NCBI RefSeq assembly: GCF_006345805.1
Contig: NC_043001.1
Span: forward strand, 88,846,001-88,910,000
Source of the DNA: Octopus sinensis
Lineage: Eukaryota
Direction of reading: 5' to 3'
Length of the DNA stretch: 64,000 nt
The translations under genes and the position numbers were made by a program. This document shows positions 12,540 to 24,450 of this stretch, piece after piece. Under the pieces are notes generated by a model, which was given only the letters and a program-made list of their open reading frames with translations, did not search any database and was not told the DNA's origin. How positions within the stretch are numbered: position 1 is the first letter of the stretch; each line of letters begins with the position of its first letter.

Positions 12540-13490
12540 CAAACAGGGGCGTTACAACATAATCTCAACTTAGATACAATCACTGAACTCATAAAGAAAA
12601 CAATCTTCTGCTTCAACCGTCAACAGATGAATAAATAAGACATCAGAATCTCGAAGTTGCGACAAGTGTGAGGCCTCACAATGTTTGATGATCTCTCATA
12701 GATATTATATACATATAACAGAAAATTTGCATCGACAAGTTTAGCTCCCTCTTCAGGGCCAGGAAATACTTAAGCTTCAATAAATTGCTCACCCTTCACA
12801 GATCTCAAATAAAACGCCATAAAACTTTAATGAAATATCAATTCCACATATCCGAACGAAGTTAGGTGTGATTGGCAAAGATTCACTCATCGTCTTACGA
12901 CAACATCCACATCGAAGATGTGATGATTGCTTTTTCTGTGATTACTTATTGCTTACAACAGCGCTGCTCCTAGAACTAGATAGTTGCATACCATTTACAT
13001 CAAGTCCACCTGTCTTTACTTTTCCCTCTCATCACTCCTTGTTTCGCATTTTTAGGCTTCCAATGAACCACTCCACCTACCCCATCTAACATAGCCTTAA
13101 TCATCGCCCACTTATTTATTTTACTGACAGATGTTCAAATTGAACATAATCATATCGATCTCAACAACAACGACGGGCTAGCGAACATTATGCGCTTTGC
13201 CCCCGCCCTCTGACTCACCTATACTTATATAACGCATGTGTATAGACTAGTCTCTTTCGCTGACATACACATTCTCTCTCACTCTTTGTTTTTATGTAAA
13301 GTTATATATAAAACAGTTAAACGTTATTATATTAAAGGATCACTAAACACTTTTTTGTAGAGTACCCTTTTTGTTTATTCTCTTACTAAGAGTAGATTAA
13401 AGTGACTTCGAAATTTCGGTTAAGAGTTTGATGACGGCTAGTAAACCACAAAACTTCTAAATAACTGTCAACCTTTTACTTGTAAAATTT
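12540..13490 (+). mobile_element. Possible highly degenerate Penelope-like remnant
   Basis: TITELIKKTIFCFN resembles the PLE RT region. It ends in a decayed TTGATGACGGCTAG motif next to (TA)n. Weak. Confidence 0.3.
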
Positions 13491-14329
13491 AATATATATA
13501 TATATTTAACATCATTATATATAAATTCGTTATTAGCGAATACGAATAACAATGGATCCTAGTCGGTTTCAGTGATTAGCAGTTAGCAGTTCGATTAACT
13601 AAATTACCGGGTCATTAAATTAGTGTAAGTGGCTGAATATTTCACAAACACATGTAGTCTTAACGTGATCCTCAGCTAGATTCAAACGTGACATTGTGTA
13701 CTTTTGAATTACAGGTACAATGTAACCGACGAATTTCCGTTTAAGGATTGCGCTCACAATGCTTGGATTGTCCCGTGGCTAAAACACTAGCTTAAGATGT
13801 CACGTAGTGGGATCGAACCCAAGAGCTAGTGATTGTGTCGTTAATTATGTATGTAACACACATATAGTGCTCACACACATACAAATATGTAGTGTGCATG
13901 TGTGTAAGGAGGTATGTATACACGTGTGAATGACATGAATGTTTTTATCTACACGTACGTATAAGTTTGTGAATGAGTGCATGTGGTGGGGGGGGTACAC
14001 ACAAATACATGAATATATGCGTTGGATGTGAGTGTGAGTGTATATGCGTCTTTTTGTGTGTACCTGTGTAGTATGTACTCATACATATAAAGACATTTAT
14101 ATGCATATTCATGTATATGTATATGAATGATAGCGTGTATAATCTTTTGTACCTTAGCGTATTATATGCAATAGCGCGTGTGTATGCGTAAACACACATG
14201 TGTGTGTGTGTGTATATTTTGTGTACTATTATATGCTAGTCAACGTATGCCGTCTGTGTGTAAGTATTTATATCTATTAACGAATGTAGAAATGTGTGTA
14301 CCTCTGTCTATGTATGTACAGTCCCTGCT

Positions 14330-14600
14330 CACGCGTTACGCCAGATCACACCATATAGCACTGGCTGCTCTCACCTCAGCAGCTCGACCAATGGGGAGCA
14401 GCGAAGCAAGAGGTCAGTGATGACTACTTCCGGGTTAATTCGCTCCCTTCATGGCTTTACTTCATGCTTTCTATTCAGCTGTTTGGAGTGGCGCGAAAAA
14501 AAAGTAAATAAATAACAACAAAAACAATAATAATAATAATCGCAGAAACTATATTGGAGTAAGCAACCCGTTGCTTTTTGGACCCTCTTTTGTCTGTGGA
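14330..14600 (+). promoter_or_regulatory. Putative promoter and 5' UTR of the TMEM72-like gene
   Basis: Unique, CpG-containing sequence directly upstream of the ATG, with CCAAT at 14388-14392, an AGGTCA half-site at 14411-14416 and an ETS-type ACTTCCGG at 14426-14433. The TSS is not determined. Confidence 0.5.
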
Positions 14601-14685
14601 ATGTGCTGTCGCGATGGCAGAAAAACATGTCCTTGGAACGGTCTGCTTTGGTTCTGTCGGCTGTGGGGACTTATTACTGCTGCCG
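14601..14685 (+). CDS. TMEM72: First coding exon of a TMEM72-like multi-pass membrane protein
   Basis: ATG at 14601 reads MCCRDGRKTCPWNGLLWFCRLWGLITAA+G, then a canonical donor G|GTAAGT (GT at 14686-87, phase 1). It resembles the vertebrate TMEM72 N-terminus as I recall it (FWTGLEYTCRLLGITTAAV), whose first intron I recall at the same phase-1 position. Identification is from memory, not a search. Downstream exons were not found. Confidence 0.72.
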
Positions 14686-17600
14686 GTAAGTTAAATACAT
14701 CTTACATGTGTGTCTGCGTATGTTCATGTATGTGTATTCATATATTTATAATATATATATAATTCATCTATATATACATATACTTACACAAGTATTTATA
14801 TTACAAGTTCATTGACATTACAATATGCACTCATAGTTTGATAACCGAGAAAAAATTTTTTACGCTCAGTAGCCACTGATATATAAGGTGGTGAAAATGT
14901 AATGCTGTGGTGTTCATCCTTTGTTTTCTCAAAGACATTATTGGCTTGAATTTATATAGAATAGGCTTAAACCGAAAATCGAAACCGCGTCGCTAGTTTC
15001 GTTTCTCGGGAACTTACCTATGACTACCGTATTGGTACGGTAACAATAAGGATTTTTTACACTGGGAAACCACAAGTTAGAGATGTGGAGGACACGATCG
15101 ATCCAGAAGGATAAAAGGCAAAGTAGATACTGAACAGATTCGAACACTAATAATTTTTATAACGATGAAAAAAAAAATTACAAACAGCGTCAAAGTTTTG
15201 TTAAAGTATTGTTGTGGTTGAAGATTGAATTTAACCTCTGAATAGTACTACTATTTTACATGATCCAGCACGGGAGTCTCTATTGATCGCTTGACCTGCT
15301 ACTAATAGGAGTTAAATTTCATAACCTATCGTGTTAAAAATGATTTCTTAGATTCTAGCGATCCTCGAACATTTTGTTTAGAGTTACATCGGATAATTAT
15401 TACGTACCTGGTACCTGAAAAAAATGACGGGATGTTCATTGCTGGAATGCTTTTGATCATAGGTCTAACTAATCAGGCCACGGGGCTAAACAACAGCGAT
15501 TGTTTTCTGCGTTCATAGGGAAAAAGAGAAAAACACAATTAAGTTGACACAGGCCGGACTTGAACTCTGCATTGTGAGGATCCAAACCGTGTGGGTTATA
15601 TGTACCTGACTCACGTGTTTCAGAATAAATAAATAAATTATAAGGTACAACGTTTATAAAGATATGAGGATGGAGGTTAAATAGTGGAAAGATGTGACGT
15701 TCATGCCTTTATGAAGCGTTTTTTTTTATTCAAGCGTTAAATGTTGCAAATGCTTGTACGGGGAATCGAAAGTGCGGCATTTGACTTAGCTGGCCGAGTG
15801 ATTTATATAACGATTTACAAAGATATGTAAGGTTGTGTAATTACGGGGAGGCAGCATGGTAAGTAACGACATCCATGAGGTCTTTAGATGGAGTGAAATA
15901 GCTTTAATCGAGATTTTAAGGTGGAATGTATACGACTGACGCACCTTTGAATGTAGACCTCTTTGATCGGAGATTGACCTGAGGCTGAACAACTAAAACT
16001 AATGATAATTTCTCCTGTTGCATAAGCTTATACACACTAGCAAGGGAAATGGGTGATAGATCCATTTCTAAATATGACTGGTGTTTATTTTTACCGACCT
16101 GCATCAGAAGATATAAAGTAAAGTCGATCTTCGCCGGATTAGAACTCAGAACGTAAAAAAGAACTAAATACTTTTATTGATATAACTATATTTGTTATAC
16201 CCGTTTTGTTCTTTATTTCCTCATAACTTTTGGAAAAGAAGTTTTATAGATTACCTTTTCGAGTGTTATAGATTTACTGATTTTGATTATGTTGATAATA
16301 TTTACAGTAAAACTTTGGAAGATTTTAAAATCATTCTTTTCCTCTCTCCGACTTAATTACCACGAATTTCCGTAACTTTAGCACTTTTCAAAGTTCAGTT
16401 TTTTTTTCTGACTTATATGTTGAAACCTCAACATTATGTAACTTGCACTCTTGAAGTAAAATGTCATTTAAAAATATGCAGAGTCGTGGGGGGACAAAAT
16501 TAGTGGGATGGGGCATCAAACTGTCTTTATACCAAGTATTTTGTTTTCAAGGGTGCTTTTTTACTTCTTTTCTTCATTAATAAAGCAGGCTGAATATTAC
16601 ATTTTTTCATTAGGGAAGTGAATCGTTTACCTCCAGTTCGGCTCTGTTGAGCAAAATCAAGCCGTCTGGATATATTAGACGAAGGACTTTCAAAATGAAA
16701 AAAAAAAAAAAAATATCGGAAACAATCTAGTGCGCCAAAATTCATACCTCCGGGTTTGCGTATGTTTTAAGCATCGCAGATTATGAATTTATAAAATAGA
16801 AAAGTTCTTTTGGTGTGATGAGGTGGGGAAATTTTTCCTCTACACATACACTTTCTATAATTTTTCAGAATTAAGTTTTAAACATCTTCAAAACTACAAG
16901 TAACGCTAATTCGGGGGGGGGGGGGATTTCGAAAAATGCCTACATTGAAAATATACTGAAAAGGAGGAAGGCAAAACTATTTCACGTTGTTTTAGTGCGC
17001 TAATTCGTTATCAACGTTGCTTAAAACATACAGATCCGAAAAAAGTCGAACTAGATAATTTCCGATTCTTTCTATAGCAACAATGCACTGTTTTCCAAGA
17101 GTCCTTTTATTTTTAAAGTCGATAGGAATGGTTTGGAAGAGAGGAAAAAATTGGCTGCTATTTCTAATACTACGTGTGGCCACTTTGAAACTCCCGTGTT
17201 GTTGCTATAGTGAAAGCAGGTTTTACAAGGAAGCTATACTTTATCGTAATATTGAAGTTGTATATTTTATTTGTGTATTTTGTAACATGTTGTTAAGCTC
17301 CTAGTAGAGGTTGGTCGGTTGTTATTCTATACATTATAAGGTTATGAAGTTTGAAATCGAATGTCTTGTTTGTTACATTTATTTAAATTGTTTGATTGGA
17401 TTGTTAATACTGAAAGTCGAACGAAAGCGATTGGTATAAACACTCGACTTACAGCTCGTTCTCAATAAATGCGCAAACAGTACACAGTAACCTACCTGTA
17501 GTGTGTGTGTGAGGGGGCGCAGGTGTGACTCTCTGGTAAGAAGTTTGCTTGCCGTCGCTAATCGCATGCAACCCCTGCGGTCGCAGGGTTCCTACGCGGT

Positions 17601-17864
17601 TGAGGGGCCCCATGTGAAGATCAAAGTACGTAGAAGAGTCATAATTTTACTTTGGTTAAGATGTTGAACAATAATTAAATTTTCAATTAAATGTTAATTG
17701 AAATTTTCAAGAAATAAAATGGTAATACACTGTACCTGCAAAACTTCTTGTAAAAACATTGCATTGTACCACGAACGTCTCTACCTAAATATTATGAATT
17801 TTGATTGAAAGGATGGGGCCTCGAAACAAAAAGTTGCAGGGAGCCTCTAAAAGTCAAGCGACGT

Positions 17865-17964
17865 NNNNNNNNNNNNNNNNNNNNNNNNNNNNNNNNNNNN
17901 NNNNNNNNNNNNNNNNNNNNNNNNNNNNNNNNNNNNNNNNNNNNNNNNNNNNNNNNNNNNNNNN
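17865..17964. other. Assembly gap (100 N)
   Basis: Run of 100 N. The true size is unknown. Confidence 1.
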
Positions 17965-18093
17965 GTGCAACTGGCACATGCGCCAGTGAGGCGACAGTGC
18001 CAACGATCACACTCAAATGGTGCTTTTTACGTGCCACTATGCATGTGTATCTATTTCTTTGACGTGACATCACTTGGTTGTTACATACATGAA

Positions 18094-18162
18094 CATACAT
18101 GAAATGTAGTTTGCTTCATACATGAAATGTAGTTTGCTACATACATGAAATGTAGTTTGCTT
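18094..18162 (+). repeat. 23-bp minisatellite x3
   Basis: CATACATGAAATGTAGTTTGCT(T/A) three times with no spacers. Confidence 0.9.
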
Positions 18163-19469
18163 CCAATCTTCTGTGGAAATATGTCCATGAGAAGGAATTG
18201 CTTTGCTTGCAAACCTTTGAGGGTTGGTAATAAGTGGGTCGCCTAGCTGTACAAAATCTGCCTCAGCAAATTCTGGCTGACCTTTGCAAACATGGAAAAC
18301 TTGGCGATAATGATGACAAAGACTGGACTACAGGTAAGATGCTCTGTACTGTGTGCATACGTATTAGGAACTAGCAGTAAGTAGTGTATATTTACCAAAC
18401 ACACACAAATTCACTGACGTACCCTGTGTTGCATTGTTGTTGTTTAGGTTACAACTTTTTTTTGTGTACTTAAAATGACTTATAACAACTTTTTATGTAG
18501 TATATTTATATGTAAATATTTTGCATATATTTTGTGATATAAATGCATGTCTAAAACTGAATTGCTCTGGGTTTCTTTTTTATGCGAAGCTTCAGATTCT
18601 GTGCTAAATGATAAATTTTGCAATTGAAGACAATAGTTTCCATGTTTCATAGGTTGGGAGGTATTTGTTGGGACAGATTTTTTTACAGCTGGATGCCTTT
18701 CTAATAACCAAACCTCACCTGTCTCCAAGCAAGGTAATATTTCCTTTTGACCAGACAATGTTCTCACAGGATACTGGAAATGTATGACACTGCTTATATG
18801 ACAGTGTCAATCATTTTACAGCTATCACATTAGTCAAGCCAGAAGACCCAAACATGCGTGCGATGGAATTCTTTCAGTTTCTGTCTGCCAAATTGACTCA
18901 TATGTCTTTGGTCAGCCTCAAGCTATAGTAGAGGACACTTGCCCAAGGTGAACCTGGAACCATGATGTTGGAAAGCAAACTTCTTACCACACAGCCACAC
19001 TGTAATCAATATTCAACACAAAACACAAGTAATTTATGTGGCAGTATATTCTGCAAGTGCTCTAGGGTAGCCAGTATTTCTTGTTCTACAATTTAGTGGA
19101 TTGGTCCAGGAAATAAGCATGTGAGAGCATGGACTCTTTAGTTCAATTCCAGCAATCCAACCCTATGTATGTGTATATATATATATATATATATAATATA
19201 TATATAATATATATATATAACAATTAAGGATAATCTCTTAATAAGGGATCTTAACAAGAAATTATCGGGTAGCTAGCGTGAAAACCTCATAAAAGAAAAG
19301 AATTCGAAAATTTTTTTTCTTTGAACCAATTAATTATATCTATATTGTATAGAGGGCATTATTACACATAAATGCCTCACACTAGGAGGGACAAAGTCAT
19401 TACTACCAAAATTATACTACTCATACCCAAATGCAGTTTTTCAAAGCAAGACATTTAAAAAATGAATTT

Positions 19470-19527
19470 AGTTCTGTATCACCGTGATTTCACATTCAAC
19501 TTACGTCTAATGATCGTCAGCAGAACT
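19470..19527 (-). ncRNA. Type I hammerhead ribozyme, tandem copy 1
   Basis: Reverse complement of the 20461-20518 motif, with all core nucleotides present. Confidence 0.78.
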
Positions 19528-19948
19528 GATTCTGAACACATCATAAATAAACTACCAACCTTACGTAGCGAAGACGACAACAGACAACTGTCACTCCGGC
19601 CAAGCACATGGAATGTTTATAATCATATATCCGGTAAATGGCGGGCTTTTTACGAACTGCATGTCGGGTAATGAAAAGTATTTCGGAATAAGTTTAACAA
19701 TTAAGGATAATCTCTTAATAAGGGATCTTAACAAGAAATTATCGGGTAGCTAGCGTGAAAACCTCATAAAAGAAAAGATTCGAAAATAATTTTTTTCTTT
19801 TGAACAAATTAATTATATCTATATTGTATAGAGGGCATTATTACACATAAATGCCTCACACTAGGAGGGACAAAGTCATTACTACCAAAATTATACTAAT
19901 CATACCCAAATGCAGTTTTTCAAAGCAAGACATTTAAAAAATGATTTT

Positions 19949-20004
19949 GTTCTGATCACCGTGATTTCACATTCAACTTACGTCTAATGATCGTCAGCAG
20001 AACT
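19949..20004 (-). ncRNA. Type I hammerhead ribozyme, tandem copy 2 (1-nt deletion at the cleavage site)
   Basis: Same motif, but it reads GTGAT-CAGAAC instead of GTGATACAGAAC on the minus strand. This is either a mutation or a consensus error. Confidence 0.6.
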
Positions 20005-20460
20005 GATTCTGAACACATCATAAATAAACTACCAACCTTACGTAGCGAAGACGACAGACAACTGCTCACTCCGGCCAAGCACATGGAATGTTTATAAATC
20101 ATATATCCGGTAAATGGCGGGCTTTTTACGAACTGCATGTCGGGTAATGAAAAGTATTTCGGAATAAGTTTAACAATTAAGGATAATCTCTTAATAAGGG
20201 ATCTTAACAAGAAATTATCGGGTAGCTAGCGTGAAAACCTCATAAAAGAAAAGAATTCGAAAATAATTTTTTTTCTTTTGAACAAATTAATTATATCTAT
20301 ATTGTATAGAGGGCATTATTACACATAAAAGCCCGTAAAAAGCCCGCCATTTACCGGATATATGATTTATAAACATTCCATGTGCTTGGCCGGAGTGAGC
20401 AGTTGTCTGTTCGTCTTCGCTACGTAAGGTTGGTAGTTTATTTATGATGTGTTCAGAATC

Positions 20461-20518
20461 AGTTCTGCTGACGATCATTAGACGTAAGTTGAATGTGAAA
20501 TCACGGTGATACAGAACT
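20461..20518 (+). ncRNA. Type I hammerhead ribozyme (intact, inverted copy)
   Basis: AGTTCTG (stem I) - CTGACGA (20468-74) - stem II CATT/AATG plus GAC-GTAA-GTT hairpin - GAAA (20497-500) - TCACGGTGA (palindromic stem III) - TA (AUA cleavage triplet, cut after 20511) - CAGAACT (perfect 7-bp stem I complement). Confidence 0.8.
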
Positions 20519-20872
20519 AAATTCATTTTTTAAATGTCTTGCTTTGAAAAACTGCATTTGGGTATGATTAGTATAATTTTGGTAGTAATGACTTTGTCCC
20601 TCCTAGTGTGAGGCATTTATGTGTAATAATGCCCTCTATACAATATCTATATATATATATATAAAATCATCATCCGTTTAATTCCACTTTGCCATGATTG
20701 CACATGTTGGATGGAATTCATTGAGGCTGATTTCCAAGGCTGGACACCCTACCTGTTGACAACCCTCACTTGTTTCCATGGAATATTGGAAACAAGCAAC
20801 AACACTTATATGCTGGTGACATTTGTTTACAGCTGTTGTACAATGTCAGGATAAGAAGACACCAACTTGATG

Positions 20873-20916
<44 letters not shown>

Positions 20917-21109
20917 ATATATATATAAGCTTCTTTTAGTTTCCATCTACCAAATCCAACCACAAGCTTTGGTTAGCCTGAGGCTATAACAGAAGACACT
21001 TGCTTAAGGTACCACATAGAGACTGAAGCTGAAACTGTGGTTGGGAAGCAAACTTCTTAACCACACAGCCATAATTGCACCTGTGTGTGTGTGTGTGATG
21101 GATGCCTCT

Positions 21110-21790
21110 TCTCACAGAGAGGCATTATGCTGGCCACCAGTTGAAAATGTACCAAGCTGTTGTACAGCTTACACTACTGTATACCTGCAAGCCTTGGACA
21201 GTTTACAAATGTCACACCAAAAAACTAAACTGCTGCCATTTGAACTGCCTGAGAGAGCTGTTGAAAATCACCTAGCAAGACAAGATCCCAGACATGGTAG
21301 TCTTCTCTTGAGCTGATCTGCCAAGTATTTACACACTGCTGAGGAGAGAACAAGTCAGGTGGGCTGGCCAGCTTATTCAAATGCATGACACATGACTCCC
21401 CAAAAGTTTTACACCAAACTGGCAGAAGGCAAGCACATGCAAGGGATACAGAAAGAATGTTTCAAGGACACACACAAATCCACACTGGAGAACTTTGAGA
21501 TCAGGAAATACTAGCACTAGACTATGCTGCCTAGTGAAGCTGCACCAACAAAGGTACTAACCTTTATGAACAGAACAGGGTTGCATAGGCACAAAGAAAA
21601 TGTAAACTACACAAGTCTACAGCTAACTCTTTGCCTTCAGTCCAAACAGACCACATGTGGCTGACCTGTGGCAGAGCCTTTTGAGCACACATTGGATTGA
21701 TTGGCCAGAGCCAAACACACTGTACCCTGTCTTCTTTTCCTATGTGATGTCCTTGGCCATTGCTGACAATGGCAGATGAAGTAAATTGTG
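21110..21790 (+). mobile_element. RTE (BovB-like) C-terminal fragment
   Basis: LKMYQAVV..TLLYTCKPWTVYK..LNCLRELLKIT*QDKIPD..VRWAG. Confidence 0.75.
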
Positions 21791-23449
21791 CAATAGTTTT
21801 ATAGAAAGAGAAAGTTTGATGTAATAAATTGATATTTCTTTGTCTCTCACTTCCCCTCTTACACTACCACACCCTTAAAACTTTGAGTCTTTCTCTACAT
21901 CTCCTTTCTTGATTTTTTTCCCCTGTTTTATTCCAAGGCAATTTCATACATGGAATTGTGTTTGTGCATGCATTTATTCTGAGCTGCATCTAGATCTCGC
22001 TACAGATTTTTGTAATGATTCATGGAAAAATGATGATATTGTTTCAAGGCAGACAAGCATTGATGTTTATGTATATGTCGTCATCGTCATCATTATCATC
22101 ATTCTCATGTTTTGTCTACCATGCTGGCTTAAGTTTTAATGCTTAACAGGATCTGATGAGTTGTGGGACTGTGTCATGCTTCAGTGTCTGCTTCAGTATG
22201 GTTTCTATGATTTGATGCCCTTCCAAACATCACCCGTTTTGCAGAGTGTACTTCTCCCTTTTTTGGTGGCAGCATCACCTGAAATTGCTATGTAAGTCAC
22301 AAAAATAAAGAGCCAACTCTACTGAGTGGGAGTATGGTAGAGAGGTTAAAGTATGAAAGAAGGGAGTGGAACAAGTTTTTACTGTAGAGGAGATTTATGA
22401 CTACCTCACATTTTATGTGTTTGTGTGTATATGTATGTTTGTATATATATATATGTGTGTATGTATTTATATATATGTATGTATGTATGCGTAATCAACA
22501 TCACTTTACATTCACATTCCTTGTTAGAATTAGTCAAACTGGTTATAATGCTCCCAGTTCTCATTTGGAATTACTACTGTCCTAGACATGTTGGGGGATC
22601 ATGTTTTACTTATAATTTACACTTTTACCTTGGTTTCTATGGCTAGATGCCCTTCCTAACACAAACCACTTGGCAGAGTGTATTGGCTTCAAATACATTG
22701 CCTTGTCCTCAAGGATCCTCATAATTCCATATCTTTACACAGCATCCTGTGTAGATTTATAGTGGCACCAACACTCGTCTAGTTGCCTTGTACTTCATGA
22801 TATTTGAAGTTCTCATCGTTCTGTTATGTTTATTCACTGAGTGCTACATGGCTGCAGAGGTGAATAGAAGAGAATGATTACAGAAGAGGGTGAGAGGTGT
22901 AAAAGTGTGATGGTAGAAGCAGAGTTAATGGGATGAAAGGTAGTAGGAATGGGAGAGTGAGGGATGGTAACAAGAGGTAGATAACTGGTAAGATGGTAAT
23001 AAGGGTTGCCGATACCTATTAGTATGAGGTGTGTGAAGGAGTGCAAAGATAAATGAATAATGTATGGGTATATCTCATGTATCCAATTACACTCTTACAC
23101 ATATACTTCAGTATACCCCTTAAACTTCAATATGCGTGATCGCACCTGAGTTTTAAGGGTGAGACAGGGTAAGAGGTAAAATGAGGGCAATATGGTGCAG
23201 TTCATGTGGCATTCTGGGTTGCAGGACAGTGTGTGTGAGAGAAATATCAAGATTTTTGGAAGAAGTGTTTGGATTGAGAGAAGCACACATTGAGAGAAGA
23301 AAAGAAAGGTGTGTAGGAAGTGTTGTTGAATGAGGAGAAAGCACAGGAAGAAGACTGTCTCTCTAGATCAGACTCAGTGGTTGGGTTAATCATTCAAGTT
23401 GGTAGCGATATAATAGAATGATTAGTGGCATGAAGGCAGGGAAGGCAGG

Positions 23450-24450
23450 GAATTACCAGTGAAATTCTTAAACTGTCTAGCAGAATAAAGCATGGGTTAG
23501 TCATCTACATAATCATCAAAACAGACCAGTCAGCAACTGGTGTAGTGACATCATTGAGTGTTGAAGGGCAAAGGAGTGGCACTCAAGGAAACTACAGAGG
23601 TATCAAACTGTTGGACCAGGTTATGAATAAGGAAAAAGTGATTCCTCAATTGATTAGGAAGCAAATTTGCCTGAATTAGATGTTGCTTGGCGTTATGATG
23701 GGAAGAAGTACTAATAAAGACATCTTACTTGTGAGACAACAGCAAAAAAAGTACTTGGCTGGGAGTAAGTCCCTGTACCTGGCATATATCAGTGTAGGAA
23801 AGGTGTTTGACAGGGTTCCATTCTCTTTGATGTAGTATCGCTGAGGAGACTAGGACTAGTGAATGACTTGTGAGAGCTGTACAAATGAATTAGAGTTAGC
23901 AATGAGTTTAGTGACTAATTTAACATGCAGCTAGAAGTCTCTCAGGGCTCATTTCAGTTTCTTTCTATTTGTTATAGTCCACCAAGCTACAGTAGAGGAG
24001 TTTATGACAGTTTCTCCATGGGAACTCTTAAATGCTGACCCTTCGTTTTTTTAGCAGAAATCTATAGTGGAATTAGAGAAGAATCTCCGTGTGGAGACAA
24101 AAATCTAGAATCAAGAGGCTTTAAAGGAAAATCTAGCAAAAACTAAAGTGTTAGCAGAAGGGAGGATAGGCACCCACTACCATCTGTAAAATGGTCATTC
24201 TCTATATGCAGAAATGGTGTAGGTAGGAATTCCATACAGTGTACTCATTGTAAACTTAGGATGTAAAAAAAGTGATGTAGGATCACAAGAAGGCTGATAA
24301 AGAAGGTATACTTCACAAATGACAGGTTTACTGGGACTATATGCATGAAGAGTTTGCAGGAAATAGATTCTGTCAAATGCTTGGAAAGCTTCCTAGTTGT
24401 TGGTAGCTTTTGTTACTGAGATGGGAAAATTAGCAGTGAGTGTGGCTGTC
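23450..24450 (+). mobile_element. Older degenerate copy of the same RTE family
   Basis: GNYRGIKLLDQVM, VRQQQKKYLAGSKSLYL and FDRVP recognisable through frameshifts. Confidence 0.75.

Larger units (their letters stand above)
19219..20646. repeat. Tandem ~476-bp repeat (2 full copies and 1 partial) followed by an inverted ~315-bp copy; PLE terminal-repeat or retrozyme-like
   Basis: Unit start AACAATTAAGGATAATCTC at 19219, 19696 and 20172. Bases 20335-20646 are the reverse complement of the unit interior. (TA)n flanks both sides. Confidence 0.92.

Noticed and set aside
13395-13460. TTGATGACGGCTAG... hammerhead-like remnant
   Set aside because: C3 and the GAAA segment are missing and stems do not close.
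15012-17455. Minus-strand donor-like sites at 15017, 16630 and 17452 suggesting an antisense transcript
   Set aside because: Such hexamers are expected by chance in AT-rich DNA, and no coherent exon chain or ORF links them.
18094-18162. 23-bp direct repeats as a CRISPR-like array
   Set aside because: Units are contiguous with no spacers, the context is eukaryotic, and no cas genes are present.
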